From: Toensbergia leucococca
Taxonomy: Eukaryota
Direction of reading: 5' to 3'
Assembly: GCA_022813965.1 (NCBI GenBank)
Contig: JALDZS010000001.1
Coordinates: 248,001 to 312,000 of the forward strand
DNA: 64,000 nucleotides
Position numbers and translations under genes: made by a program. Shown one piece after another: positions 25,100-39,050 of the stretch. Every line of letters starts with the position of its first letter. Positions within the stretch are counted from its first letter, which is position 1. The notes beneath the pieces were generated by a model. It was not told the DNA's origin, made no database searches, and saw nothing but the letters and a program-made list of their open reading frames with translations.

Positions 25100-27961
25100 G
25101 TGCTCCAGAGGTTACTGCTAACGCGAAAATTGAGGTTGGATAAATGCGCATGAGACGGCGTTCTCTTTATGGATTGGCGCCTGGAGGGGGGAAAGGTCAT
25201 TGTGCAAGTGACGATTGCGGAAGCTTGGGAGGAGCGCCTCTGGTGGACTGTTTGGACTCTCTTGAGCGTGGTATTGTACCTACCTACCGCCTGCTCCGTA
25301 CCTAGTCTTCTCTTGATACTAGGCGCTGGTTTTTGCAAGGGTGATAGATGAGTTGTACATGGTCGATGGTACTGGGTACCTTGAGGTAATCACGCGCCTT
25401 TCACAAAGTGTACTTATTGCCGGCCACTCAAATTTAAGATGATGTGCCGTATCCAAGGTACCTACTTCCTTGATTTTTTGCTTGACATTTTTCTCCTGGT
25501 CTTTAATATGGATTTAGCGGGCTTGGGTAGCTTCTCCCGAGTAAGGGACGGGATAGCCGTTTTCATGTGATTAATTTGTGGGGACGAGGGCCGGGAGGGG
25601 CGGGTGTTTCAGGTAGGTAGGTATGTATGGTCCCATGGCAGCATGGGTAAGACCCTGCGTCGTTTTCTTGGGGCCTTGGGGGGGGAGAGATGCTTTTAGC
25701 AGTTTGAATGTTTTGTTCTTCGTGTTTACCACAGGACTTTTTTAGCTTTTCGGTGGAGGAGGTGGGGTTTTGACGGGTTTTGCTTGTGGCGCACTTTGTG
25801 CGCATTTTTGTGCTTACTCCGTAGAATACTTTTTGTTTGATTTTCTAGCGGAGATTTTTGGGGGACTGGAGGGGGCGTATTTAGGGGAGGGGGGAATGTG
25901 AGATAGGGGAGTAGTGGGTGGGCACGGGTTAGGCGGTTCGATCGGGGGTGGGGGGCGGGAGAGCTGTTTTAGATGTGCTTGGTTGGAGGCTGGGGTATTT
26001 AGGAGAGGGGCTTTTTGAGGGGGATGGCTGGTTGGTCTTTTTTGTGGGATGTTGTTCGTGGGTTGTGTTTTGGGTCGTTTTGTGTGATGAGGGGTCAAGG
26101 GCATGGTTGCGGTTGGTGGGAATTGGGTTGGAGGCGGCGGGGAGTCGGGGATTTTTGGTGGGGGGGTGAGGGGGTGGGGTATGTTAATGTATGTGGTGGG
26201 GGGTTGAGGTTGGATGTTGGTGGGTTTTGTTTGTGTTTCATGTGTTTTAGAGAATTATGGTAAAAGAGGCGGTTTTGTAAAGCTGTGTGGGTAGAGATGC
26301 TTTGTGGTTCGGTAGGAATTTTGTGGTGGAAGGCGGAGATTTTTCGTGGGGTGTGGGGGATCTTCTAGGGGGGATGGTGATTATCTGTGGGGCGGCCTGA
26401 GATGAATATCAAGTTTGAAAGTCATTGATGGTGCTGAAGAGGTTGACGTTCAAAATGTGATTTGTTGCTGAGGGGCAGAGGGAAAGATGAGAGTGATGGA
26501 GTAAACTCGTTGGAGTATAATTGAAAATGTTGGTTTTATTCAAGGGCTATTTAGAGTAGAACTAGTGAAGATGAGAGGGCGGGTTTGATGAGAACGAATT
26601 GTGAGTGCATCTATTCCAATTCCCATTGATGTTCTCTTCCGTAAGTAAATCTATCCGCATAGTAATTGCAGCGAGTGAATAGAATAGTAAGGTGACTGCC
26701 GGGTCCTTGAAGTGATTAGATACTCTTCATGCTACTATGAAAAACACGTTTCACTTGCATACCGCTTTCATGTATCATTGAGAAGACTTTGAGAAGTCCG
26801 AAAAGCCCTCAGTATCCCTAAACATGATAGCATGAAGGAGTTCTAGAATGTTTATGGGTTTGGGCGGTAAACTCCCCCGGGCTTTGTTGTGATTAGAATT
26901 GCAAACAACCTAAGGGTCTCCTGTACACTTCAATATTAGTGCCGGAACAATACGCTTTGTTCAAAGCGGGGAGCCAGGCCACTTTACATGATACTTGGGG
27001 AGGTCCCAAACCCAGTCTTTGAAGTGTGTGTCAATACTTTGGTACTCGAGAGGTGTCAAAAAGCTGGGCTCTTTGCCCTGACCTTTCGGCCATGGCCTGG
27101 GGAAGGTAGAAGCGATCGAATCGAGATTGTACCGCGATAAGCTTCGCACTAGATTTCTGATGTCATGGGATCATTTACAAATAATTAGCTTGTAGTTGGA
27201 AGCGCTGATCTGGGTGGTGGCACTATGGGTTGTCATGGCTGACGGGTAGACCTGATAGAGAGCTTGTTATTGCGAATCACGGACATCACGGACCCAGCGA
27301 AGGGGTTCTGGGTGCCCAAGAAAGGGTCTTAGCGAATATTTGACATTCCATTGTAAGATTTTTCTGTCCAGGTTTGGTGTACAATGATTGTATGACCAGT
27401 TTGGTCAAAAGTAGCTATCATCATATGGCGAATAGCTATGACGCGAAGACTCATGGCGTGCACGTGGAATCCACGACCTAGTTTTGATTTGCGGAATGTG
27501 GAAGGTGGGTGAGATCTAAGGTAGATCTGCAAGCCATGCCTATCCTTTGCGTCTTGTCCAATCATCTTCCAGTTTTCCTATCTTTGGTACTATGGCGGGT
27601 GGCTTTGAAGGCGGTTTCCACCGTACCTGATCATCGTCGATTGCTGTCGTAACAAAGTTGAGATATTGAAGTCAATATGCTGAGGATGGGCTGTGGATCT
27701 AGTGAAAGTAACATCAATGTACTTTAGTACTCTATTTTATCATTCATGTTACGAAGTACACCAGTGCTCCAACGTGCCATGATATGATCTTGTAAGCATA
27801 TCCTCAACTTGCTTATCCTTTGGGCCGGAGCAGAATCGCTTCACTTGGCGTTACACAGCAGACAAAAAAGCTCTGTCAACCTTCTCGGCATAGAAGATTC
27901 TCAGACTCTGCAGCGATCCGATCCGCAACGGCTGGATGCAAAGGGTAAGGCGTCTTGGGGG

Positions 27962-27963
<2 letters not shown>

Positions 27964-27995
<32 letters not shown>
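27964..27995. repeat. (CA)16 microsatellite
   Basis: Perfect CA run read directly. Confidence 0.97.
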
Positions 27996-27997
<2 letters not shown>

Positions 27998-28883
27998 AAC
28001 CAGAATGGGTACTGTGCAGGCTGACGGGGTCCATGGTAGGCAGGTTCGATTGGTAGGTCAGAGAGGTAAGCTCGTAAGGTAGGTAGCCTGTCAGCACGAC
28101 TCCGAATAGGGCTTGCTTGCAAGGATAAGGCTGATGCCGGTACGGGCGAACCATGATGCAAGAGGCAGCATCCCGCCTCGCCTCCATACGGCACGTCTCG
28201 GTTGCAATTCTACTGATGGCTGATGATACAGAAGAACAATGATGGAAATCAAGACAAGTATGGATGGAAGTTTTCAATATTCCTTTCTAGAGTAGTTCTA
28301 CCCATCGTCTGTGCTTGAATTTATGCAATATACGAGTATGCACCTGGCTAAGCTGGCTTGTTCAGCTCCAGACTGTGCCCAATAGTATCAATGCGCCGCG
28401 CTTACTGCATCAGCCATGGTATCATCTGCGTTTGCCTTCTTCCTTCGACGCTCTAGAGCAGGAGTGAGCACACTGAATGTTCAAGTGATAGTGGGCTCGG
28501 ACCCTGGCGCTGCACACTTGCACACTTGCACCGAGAAGGAGTGAGAAGTGGTAGGTAAAGTGGTCAGCGGAAGAAGGGCATTCTGTGCCGTTAGCGATGC
28601 ACAGTCTCAAACCGAGCCTTTGCCAGTCATGTCGTTTTACTGGCTTCGTCCTTCCCCTGCCTCCCCTTTAATCCTGGCCTAGTGATTGCAGGACATGCAA
28701 GCCACCTCGACCTACCAGAAGCCGGTTGATGCTTGCATTTCCGCTAGCGCCATGTAAGGTAGCCAGGTTGGACAAAAGCAGATGTAGTCCCACCCACCTA
28801 GATGAGACAGCCAACGAAATGAACAAGGTATATTGTCATTTAGAGACTATTGCTGAACATTCAACGACTCCTTTCTGCTGTCC

Positions 28884-31800
28884 ATGTCGAAACCCAACAA
28901 TAGTACATCTGTCCAGCGTCCTGCCATTTCCAGACAAGGCACGAGCTATCGCAGTCAGAAGCTGAACACTACTTCCGACCCCGGCCTGCTGTCGCCCACG
29001 CGGCCTGTGAATACACGACGTATGAACCAACCAGGGCATTCATCCTCCAACACCCCTCTCCGCTGACAAGTCTTGCTTCTTCTTCTAGATCATTCGTCGC
29101 AAGCTCTTCTCCGTCCGCCTTACACCCGTGAGACATCGAACATTGCAGTCCCGAGACCACCTAATAGCCGTCAAAATACGAATCTGAGCGCTCATAAACC
29201 ACCGAACAACCGTCAAATCTCCAGCAAATCCCTCCCCCAAACCGAGCGTGCCGAGGACTACAAATTAAAGGGGAAACACGTGGCCGGTCGCTCGGACGTA
29301 ACACCGGCCTACGCCCAACATAAAACCCTCTATAGCAACGGTGTCCAGACGTCATTCAATTGGCGATCGGGACGTCCGATGGCGGGAATGCTAGAGCTTG
29401 AGCGCTCGCGGACCCGACGTGAAAGAACTTTCATCGGAAGTGAGTGCGCCGTCTGCGAAGAGCCCCTGGAGCACACACTTCCCGGCGAACGCATTCTGCA
29501 ATTCTCATGTGGCCATGTTTCACATGAAGCCTGTTTCTACGAACATATCAAGGATTTTGAGTCCCAATATTGTCCCACTTGTAACGCGCCCTTGGGCCTC
29601 GATACAAGCAGAGGTGGGAATGTACTTGATCTGGGTAAGGTGCACGACGGACGGGTACAACGGCTATAGCTGACACCTGATTAGAAAAGCTCAGTAGCAT
29701 TGTTCGCTCGGTTTCCCTGAATAACGAATCATCAAGAGAACATCATCGACGTAGCGCACAAGAGACTCCGGTTGCATCAGACTCACAAACAGTACGGGAA
29801 AGGCCGAGGAGCCGAGAATCTGATCACCGTTATGCCAACGCTGATGGTCGAGAGTCGCAGCCTCGACACCGAGACTCCAGAGAAGGTCATCGGGAACGTG
29901 TGGAGAGGTACGGAGGCGGGCAACGTCAGCAACACGCCCGAAATGAAAGCGACGGTAATTCATCTAGGGAATATGGGGATCCTCACAATGCTATCGGTGG
30001 GAGAAGGCACGATTACGATGTACAGTCAATGGAAACCGATCTAAGTAGTCCTCGAGCGAGTATGACGAAGAACCCGATCCCCCCCCCTACAGTCACCGTG
30101 AGAAGTGAATTTCCTACCCTCAATCGATCACGCCAACAGCAGACGTTGACCTGCCTGATTACTATCGAAGTACCAGAAGGCAAGTGGAGTCCGGATCCTG
30201 AGGACCTTCGCGGCGCACCTCCCTTGCCATCAATGCAACAAGAGCACAATTCTGCACCTCCTAGGTCACCAGTGGTAACTCGGCAGGCAGAGCGGCCTTT
30301 CGAATCCGTCGAGGTTTTGGACCAAGTTACCGAGGACTTGCGCATGCGTGTGGACAATTGGCATGGTTTAGAGTTTCAACGGTATGCTTACGCTGATTAA
30401 TGGCAGGGAAATTCTAATTGATTGCAGATTTGGAAAGCTGCGTCTATACGGCACTTTACGCGTCGGGAGAGACAGTGCGTCGTGGCAGGAATTGGAGTGC
30501 TATCTATTCGCCGAGATGCTCATATGCGTGAAAGAAAAGAAAGGCGCTCCCCCGCAATATGCGGATGGTAATTCTAAGCGCAAGCTTACAAAGTGCACGC
30601 TTAAAGGATCCATTCTTATCAAGAAGCACTTGAAGCAGGTCGAATCAAATCCAGGTTCGTATCTGTACTGTTAGTGTGGGGATAGGACTAATTTAGATCA
30701 ACGTGCAGATGAGCCTGTCCTTACCTTGAGACTTTCGGTCCAGGATCTGAAACAGTTCCATCTGCAATTCCAGAGCCGAAACCAATTGGATCAATGGAAG
30801 CGCGCTCTGCTTGATCTCAACTCAGTGGAGACGCCCATACGAAGTCCCGAATCCGATCTTGAGCAATCAGGCACAGATGAGGATGACTACAAGACCATGA
30901 AGACGAAGAGAGTGTCCTCGGTAAATTCATCTTTCGGTGCTGGCAAATCGGCCAACACGGCACCCACAGAATATACGGCCTCAGGCAGGGGGTTGCAGGA
31001 AACGCGTCACGAAAGCCGTTTACCCGTATCGGTCCATGTACCTCTTGATCTCGTCATTGTGATCCCTGTTTCATCATCTATGCAGGGTCTAAAGATTGGG
31101 CTGCTACGTGATGCACTCAAATTCCTAGTCATGAATCTGGGAGAGAGGGATAGAATGGGCTTGGTCACATTCGGATCTAGCGGCGGTGGAGTACCACTCG
31201 TGGGCATGACAACGAAGGCATGGAGTGGGTGGAGCAAGATTCTCAACTCCATTCGACCAGTGGGGCAGAAGAGCCTGCGAGCAGATGTCGTCGAAGGTAC
31301 TAATGTCGCCATGGACTTGTTGATGCAGCGCAAAGCAAGTAATCCGATTGCAAACATTGTCATCATCAGCGATTCCTCGACTGCCGACACGGAAAGCGTT
31401 GATTTCGTGGTGTCACGGGCTGAAGCTGCAAAGTTTGTTCATCCCTTCCCCCTAGCTGTGCGGATATCTGCATTACATACAACTGACACGTATGTGCTTG
31501 TTGCAGGGTTGCTATCCACTCCTTTGGCTTGGGATTGACGCATAAACCCGACGTGATGATTGAACTCTCGACTCGTACCAAGGCGTCTTACACTTACGTG
31601 AAAGATTGGATGATGCTACGCGAATGTGTTGCCGGCTGCCTAGGTTCCATCCAAACGGAATCTCATCAGAACGTCAAGTTGAAATTGCGTTTGCCTGAGG
31701 GATCGCCTGCTAAATTTGTCAAAATCTCGGGCGCCTTGCAAATCACGAAGCGCGCCACTGGAAAAGATGCCGAGGCTTCTATAGGCGACCTGAGATTTGG

Positions 31801-32721
31801 AGACAAAAGGGGTGAGTCAACTGATCGTCCTTGAGCTATGTTTGATCAACTAATTATGTTATAGATATCTTGGTCCAGCTTGCCATTGCACCGGACAATA
31901 CATCTCAGGAACATCTGCCACAAGATCCATGGGAGACCATTGTTTCAGGACTGGAGGCTCTTGGAGGCCCACTCGATGAGGACGGCCAAAGAACCCTCAG
32001 CGTTGAGGAAGTTCCTCTCATCCAAGCTGATCTAACCTATGGCGACATCTTGCGCGAGGGGACTTTGACGCGACTACCTCGGCCGTCGCTGCTAGCCATC
32101 ACCATGCTCCCAAGCAACCCCAGGGCGAAATCAACAGGAAGACCCATGACCCCTCCAATACCTCCGCATCCTAGTATAGTGCAGCGGCGAATGGAGCTCC
32201 TAACATCTGATATGCTCACTAGGGCACTGACCCTCGTATCAAGAGGCCAACATGATCGTGCACACCACCTTCTCAGAGAAACCCGAAGTATTCTAAAGGG
32301 CTTAGCCAAAGGGGGACTTCCCCCGATTCCTGATTCCAACCCTAAAAATCCTAGTGCACCCATCAGTGCTAACGGCATCGGAAGCTCATCTCCCACGATG
32401 ATCCCCCCCGAAAGGCAGACTTCACCAAACTCAGACATGGGTTTCACGACTGCGTCAGGTATCGATGCGAAGACCATGGCTGCGTTAGATACCGAATTAG
32501 ACGCCTCGCTGGAATGGATCAATCACCCTGCCGTTTTTGGCCGCGACTCCAGGAAAGCTGTCCTCCAAGCCATCGGCGTCATCTCTTCACAGCGCGGATA
32601 CACGTTTCGCACTCCTGGCGAAAGCTTATGGGCAGGCAGGATAGCGGGTATCAAGCGCTTGACCAAGCATTCGAGAGAGTGGAGAGAGGCGGGCGATGAG
32701 GCGCTGATGGAAGAGGCATGA
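28884..32721 (+). CDS. RING-PH-vWA scaffold protein (Far1/Ste5-like architecture)
   Basis: RING-H2 CAVC...CGHVSHEAC...CPTC; PH-like FGKLRLYG...YLFAEMLICVKE; vWA PLDLVIVIPVSSSM...DRMGLVTF. An in-frame first intron (29020-29088) extends the start to 28884. Confidence 0.88.
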
Positions 32722-34811
32722 ACAGGCATGAAGCCGCAACAGACGATACATGCATGCCGCAAGAAACTGGAAGCAAGAGATATACTGGCCGTCCTTGCCG
32801 CGAGGGAACGACAAAAAACGATGTTAAGATTACGGGCAATAGAAAAAGAAACATGGTTGGTAATTACTATTATGGTGTTGTATGATTATATCACTTTCTG
32901 ACGATATGTTTATTTTTTTTTGTTCCGGACTCTCTCCCTACGCTAGGAAAGCACGGGGAGAGGAAATAGGAGGGGCTGCGCTTACTGCTCTCATTTTACC
33001 TTCTGATATTTGATACCCTGGGGCGGGAAATTTTTTGTATTCTTTTTCTAGATCTCTTATTCTGTTTGTTTATTTTTTCCCATGGTGGGAGGGGTGAGGC
33101 TCATGAGATTTCTGTTGTTTATTGATACATGTATGTTTTTGTTGTGCGATGAAGAGAAGGGATCTGATCAGGATATGGAAAGGCTTTACATTTTTTGGGG
33201 GGGGGTGAAAGTGGGGCGAGAGTGTGGGGTGGGGGGTATGGTGGTTTTTTGGCGGATATCTTTGTCTCTATTATCAGGATGGTATCTACTGGGCATATAC
33301 CTTTTTTCTCGTAGCTTATAGAGGCTCATTGTCTTGAATATCTTTGCATCGAGGGACGAAAGAGATGGATGGCTGGGCTCTTTATTTTGTTTGTTGTATG
33401 TATAGATTATCCCTTCCACTGTTATCAATGGATTATCCTGGATATGTTTACATCTCAAAAAAGAAAATGAAAGATATTGTTTTCTCTGACATATGAGATA
33501 TGATCTACATAAGGGATGTGTGACTGAGCTCATAATCACTGCATACAAGGTCTTTTGATTAGTTATTGACCCCTTTTCAGAATCATGTGAAGAAAAGCTA
33601 CTGCAGTGAATATAAGTAGAGTTGATATAACAAAGGAATGTGAAATCGAGAAAATGAGTGAGTAGATTTTTCACAATATATATCTTTCTTTACCTTTCAA
33701 ACTCACAATCTCTCCTTTCTAGGGCCCTGACCGAGAAGAATAAGGGCAGGCTTTTCTCTAAATTGATTAAAAACATCCCATCTCTAGTCATAACGGGTAT
33801 TGTCTTATAGAAATATACGCCAGATAAAATACAATATCAATTTCACATCAGTTCATCTCTATTCTTTCTCTTTTCTATTTCGATTTCCCTTTTGGGAGAT
33901 GAAATTCTATACACCTTTTTCCCAAAGAAGAAAGAAACACAAAGTGAAGAGCGTCAAAACCACCCTCCCCCCACCCCCGGAATAATCACCCTCTCTTCCT
34001 CGCCATCAATATACCAACCCATCTCCACACCCAACCCCCCCCCGCCGGGACTCATCTTTTCTCCCACCACGACGTTGCAAAAAGCGCCACATTTCCCCTG
34101 TCCCCTTGTGCGAGAGGATGCAAGTGGGGATGGGTATACAATATGCCCCAAAAACACAGCACTTACATCCATATTTTTTCTATCCCCAGCATCAAAAGCC
34201 CTCCCTCCCCCAATACACAACGAAATCTCCCATCAAATTCCTCACGCCGAATCCTTCCTCTTCCCCCACTGTGCCTCCCTTAGCAAGTCTCGGATATGAA
34301 CCGGGGTGGTGGTGGTGGTGGTGGTGTGGGGATGGATTCGTGTAGTGGTGACGTGTTGCGGCACGGGGGGTGGGCGGTGTTTGTGGAACTTTGATGTTGC
34401 GGGGGATGTAGGGCTATGGGGAAAGTGAGGTGAGGTGATTGTGCATGGGGATGCTGGGTGTGAGTATAAGAGATTTGGGAAGAGATTTTGATGTTAGCGT
34501 GGGATTGAGGATCCGGGGATGAGATAGCGTAGTTTGCGAGAACGATTTTTTGAGATGGGGATTTTTCAGTGAGGGAGAAGGGGAAAACCGGGGCTGTGCT
34601 TGAAAAAAGGGGTTTTAACGGTCAATTTAGTTGTGATTGGATTTGTGAGCTCGGAAAATTGCGTTGGTTTTGTATTCATGTTGGCCGAAATCGTTATCAT
34701 TGTCATTAATTAGCGTTGAGGGGAATCAATAAATCTTCACCTGAAGATGTCCAGCAACCATGCTAAAACGTGGCCCTTCTTGGTTATACCTGGGTATGGA
34801 TACCAATATGA

Positions 34812-36230
34812 CTACCATAAGTCGTCGCTTTCGCGAACGAATGCCTTTTTGAAATCGCTAGCTGGTTGGCGTGAGTATTGGCTGTACTTTTTTCGAGCAA
34901 TTGAGTGATGAGAACTCACCATACTGCATCACACTTCCACACTCACTCTCAGAACGCTTCTCTTGCGCTTGAGGAAGCCTGATGGAAGGACTTTTAGGGT
35001 CCTTGCTTTCTGTAAAACTTTCTCAGGGGTGTTAACTCACCACTCTTTTATCTTTCCCATCCGGTTGTAATGCTACGAGATATTAGCTGTTTTGTATTTG
35101 GGTTGAATCAAGCAAATACCGATGGATGTGTCGATAGGAATTGAGGTGGAGCGAATTTTTCTTGTTGCTCCATTCGCTCCCATCTGCTATCATTAGATAC
35201 TAGGCTGATGATTTTCAATGGGTATACGAACAATCCCACAGCCGCTTCAGGATCGTAACAACTCTGAGCCATCATCACTGATGAGTGTTAGCGGTAAAAC
35301 ATAATGCGCGGGTATTGGATTAAAGACGTACGAAGCCCAATATAGTCCGCTTCTGACTGGATATTTGATATCAGTACGTAGGCAACTCTTCAAGAATGCT
35401 CTGGACCATTATCGTACCTCCTGAGCTCTAGATCCTGGCCTTTCATATACGTACTCCGTCGCCATTTGAACCCACCATCCCGAGATATCAAATATGAAGG
35501 AAATTGCAATAATAAACGGAAAGGCGAGAACCCCTCGGCTGAGTTTCTCTCCTGTATGATGTGCGAAAGTGTGCGCAATCTCGTGCCCAAGCACCACCGC
35601 CAATCCATCTTCGCCGTTACATAGAGGTAGAACGCCGTTGAACACAAACACTTTCCCTCTGTTCACCAATCAGCGATTTAAATCAGTTCTTTGGAATCCA
35701 CATAGAACAATCCCAGCATACCCTGGAATGACAAATGCATTCATGGTTTTTTTATCGTTAATGACATATATCTCCCACTCCTGCCCTTCCAAGCCACTCG
35801 CCGGAATGAGTCTTTTCATAACCTTCTGTACAAGCTTCGAATCCGGATGTGACGAAGGCAAGATTCTCCCACGGTACTCTTGCATCACTGCTCCGTACAG
35901 GTTCCCTGCTACATCCTCTTCCCACGAGGCCCGGACACAATTGAAACGCAGACGGCCCGAGATCGGAACACGCTCAAGATTGTATGCAATGAATCCGGTG
36001 AGACATGCGCAGGCTATGCCGACCCGAAATCTGAAGGTTGGGCTGGTGTACCATAATTGCTTGACCTGCTGGGCACGGTTGAAGCGGCTATATTGCGGTT
36101 TTCGACGGGGGCCAATGGGGAATTTGGATTGTTTGCGGCAGGGAGACCTGGAAGGAAGAGAGGGCGGTAAAGTATGTTTGAAAGCATTGAGGAGAGGTAG
36201 GAAATGAGAGGAATGTATGCGTGGGGGCAT
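34812..36230 (-). CDS. OMA1: Mitochondrial M48 metalloendopeptidase
   Basis: NAFVIPG-GKVFVF, zinc motif HEIAH, SRAQESEADYIG and FLSTHPS; basic N-terminal presequence; multiple introns. Confidence 0.92.
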
Positions 36231-36459
36231 AGTGGGGAGACCAATGTAGATTAATCAAGATACGGATACTGCCATGTCGCAAGAAGGTTAGGTTCTTCAG
36301 AGTAAAGACAGTCATTTTGCTCAGCAATAGTGGTATTATTTCCTAAGGCGGAAAGAGCGAGTATTGCAATGTTTGCGTCGTTTTAGCGTCTCCGATGCTC
36401 AATTTGCATCATTGACGTCGACCATGTAAATTACAAACGAGCTCTGGAAAGCATCAAAA

Positions 36460-37430
36460 ATGGTTCTCATCAGTCCCCGAGTCCATTTCTTCGAAATCAA
36501 CGACCAGCCATGGTAAGTGCACTCCGCAACCCTATTACACATTGCCCTTCAACCAGGCCTAACTCTAACATCCTTACCAGGTTCCCCCCTTACCTCCGCG
36601 CCAAAGTTCAAGCCTGCCTGACCCTCCTCTGGACTCTCCAACTCCCCATCATCCAATTCTCCTCCCCAGCCGCTCTCGTCGCAACTACTCTCCAACGGGT
36701 TCTTGGTCCCACCATCAAGCAATACATATACATTGATTTCTGCGCCGGCGCCGGAGGCCCTACGCCCTTCATCGAGCGGGAACTGAATCGACGTCTGCGC
36801 CGCGGGCAACAGAAGGCTAATGATGCATCAAAAGATACGGAAAATTCCAACGGCATTGACCAAGGTGTCGACTTCGTGCTGACGGATATTCACCCTCATC
36901 TCGAAGCGTGGACGGAAGCGGCGAAGAAAAGCGATCATCTGCACTATGTGGCCCGATCTGTGGACGCCGGGAACGCGCCTAGGGATTTGTTAGCTTCGCG
37001 GGGAGAAGGAAAAGTGTTCCGGATGTTCAATTTGGCATTCCATCACTTCGATGACGAGTTGGCCGACAAGATATTACGGAATAGTATGGACACGGCGGAG
37101 GGATTTGGCATCTTCGAATTGCAGGCGAGGACCGTATCCTCTTTGTTGATGGTCTTGCTGATCGGGCCTCTGATGATGGTGATCACGCCGTTTTACTTCT
37201 GGCGGAGTCCCGGTCACTTATTTTTCACATATGTGGTACCTGTGATACCTTTTGTGTTGGTTGCCGACGGTATCGTATCAAGTTTGCGGACGAGAAGCGC
37301 GGAGGAGGTGATGGCGATGGTGGGGAAGGGAAGGGGAGTCGAGGGATGGAGGTTTGAAAGCGGGAGTGAATGCCACACATGGCCTATTGGGGAGATGAGT
37401 TGGATAGTGGGCCTGAGGCAGGATACATGA
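36460..37430 (+). CDS. Class I SAM-dependent methyltransferase-like protein with C-terminal hydrophobic segments
   Basis: RVHFFEINDQPW|FP start; motif I-like DFCAGAGGP; VLTDIHP, SVDA and FNLAFHHFDD. Confidence 0.75.
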
Positions 37431-37689
37431 AGACATGAAGCATGTATAATCAAAATCGACAGTATGTGTTTATCTGTATATGCTTCTATCTACTATCGTG
37501 CACGCATGCTCAAAGTACCTCAAAACCCTCTATTCTTCGTGGCTCGTAGCTGTTAGAGCTATTTCATGGTCTACGTATCTCATCTATATTCATGAAATGC
37601 TGAGTTCGTCCTTGCAAAAACTTCACAGAGCACCGGATTACCTTCTTTTCAGGCGGCATGGCTGCAAATCGCATGAAGGTTGGTACAAA

Positions 37690-39050
37690 TCAGTCCAGAT
37701 CTTCCAATGGCAGACCTTCAAGTACACTCTTTCTCCTCAACACCATCATCTCTAGCACAATTCCAGGCCCAAACGCGCAAGCAACGACGTTTTCCCTTCC
37801 TTCGCCCATGTTCCTCAATTTGTCCATAACGGCAATAATAGTCGCACTCGAACTATTTCCAAATTGAGTGTAAATCTCGTAGCTTGCTCTCAAATGATCA
37901 GGGGTGAGGTTCATTGCTTGTTCGACTCCAGTGATGATAAGCGATCCACCAGGATGCAATGCCCAATCAAATTCTGCGGCTGCTGCAACTTTACCACCTC
38001 TAAAGAATTCGGGGAGAGATTTGAGCATATTTTGGAACGCAGGGGCCACTGCGGCAGATGCTAAAGTTGGAACTCGAGGTGAGAGCACAACTTTCCAACC
38101 TGAGTAAACGTTAGCTCAATATTCGACTTGGCTTTGTTAAGTACCTCTTTTTGCGAAGGACCAGCATACCTAGAGGATCGACATCAAAGCCGAGGTCTTT
38201 CTCTGTATCTTCCAGTACCTCATGTTTCCATCCAAGAAGCTCATACACCGGTTCTAAGCCATCTCCTTCACCAATACCATTGCTGAGAATCACAGAAGAT
38301 GCACAGTCGCTGAATAGGCAGACCCCTACCCGCGTGGACTGGTCTTTGTCTATTGAGTCCAGTTCAGATCTTACAAGCACACTCGAAATTTCGCAGGCCA
38401 GCACTAGAACTCTTGCGGGTTTTCTTCGGAACGTTGATCCTAAGGCCAAATTTGCAGCTGTACGAATAGCTGCTAACCCACCGGAACACCCGACTCCATG
38501 GAGCAAGATCTTCTCCACACTGCTTTTGACGCCAAGATGCTTCATGACAAAATGATCGAAGCCAGGATTGGCGGAATTTGTGCACGTAGTTGAGACAATA
38601 TGAGTGATTTCGTCAGGGCTCCCGCCCCATTCTTTGATGGCTTTCTTGCATGCGTTGACAGATAGCTTTACTCCTTCATGAAGAAAAGTATCGTTAAGGG
38701 CGGCAATACTAGGTGCATCAATTTGATTCACGAGAGGGTGGTCCACATCGCCGATGGTAGCGCGGGTGTCGATGCCGGTGTATCGATTGATGGATAGAAC
38801 CTTTGTAAGCCTGATGAGCATGGCATGATTAGGATGGAGAAAGCAGGATTGGTTGTGGATTGGCAGTGAAGCAGGGCTCACGGAAGTCTCACGCTGTTGA
38901 TTTGGGGTAGAAACGATTGGCCAAAGTTTCCAAAGCTTCGGGACCGACACGAAATGGGGGATATTCAACACCAAGTCCGACAATAGAAAGACTCAGGTCA
39001 TTTTCGAAGTGATCGTTGGCGGTGCTGTTGTGCACCGCAGAAGGAGACAT
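37690..39050 (-). CDS. Type III polyketide synthase (chalcone synthase-like)
   Basis: Catalytic triad intact: Cys (GVGCSGG), His (WALHPGG), Asn (FGNSSSA). Also LFSDCASS and AFGPG; two introns. Confidence 0.95.

Noticed and set aside
25560..26600. Pro-rich and Gly/Trp-rich ORFs
   Set aside because: Best explained as artefacts of extreme G/T strand skew; no coherent gene model.
33186..33700. AT-rich stretch with a 162-aa ORF, possibly a mutated transposon relic
   Set aside because: No transposase, RT or integrase motif, and no repeat partner within the window.
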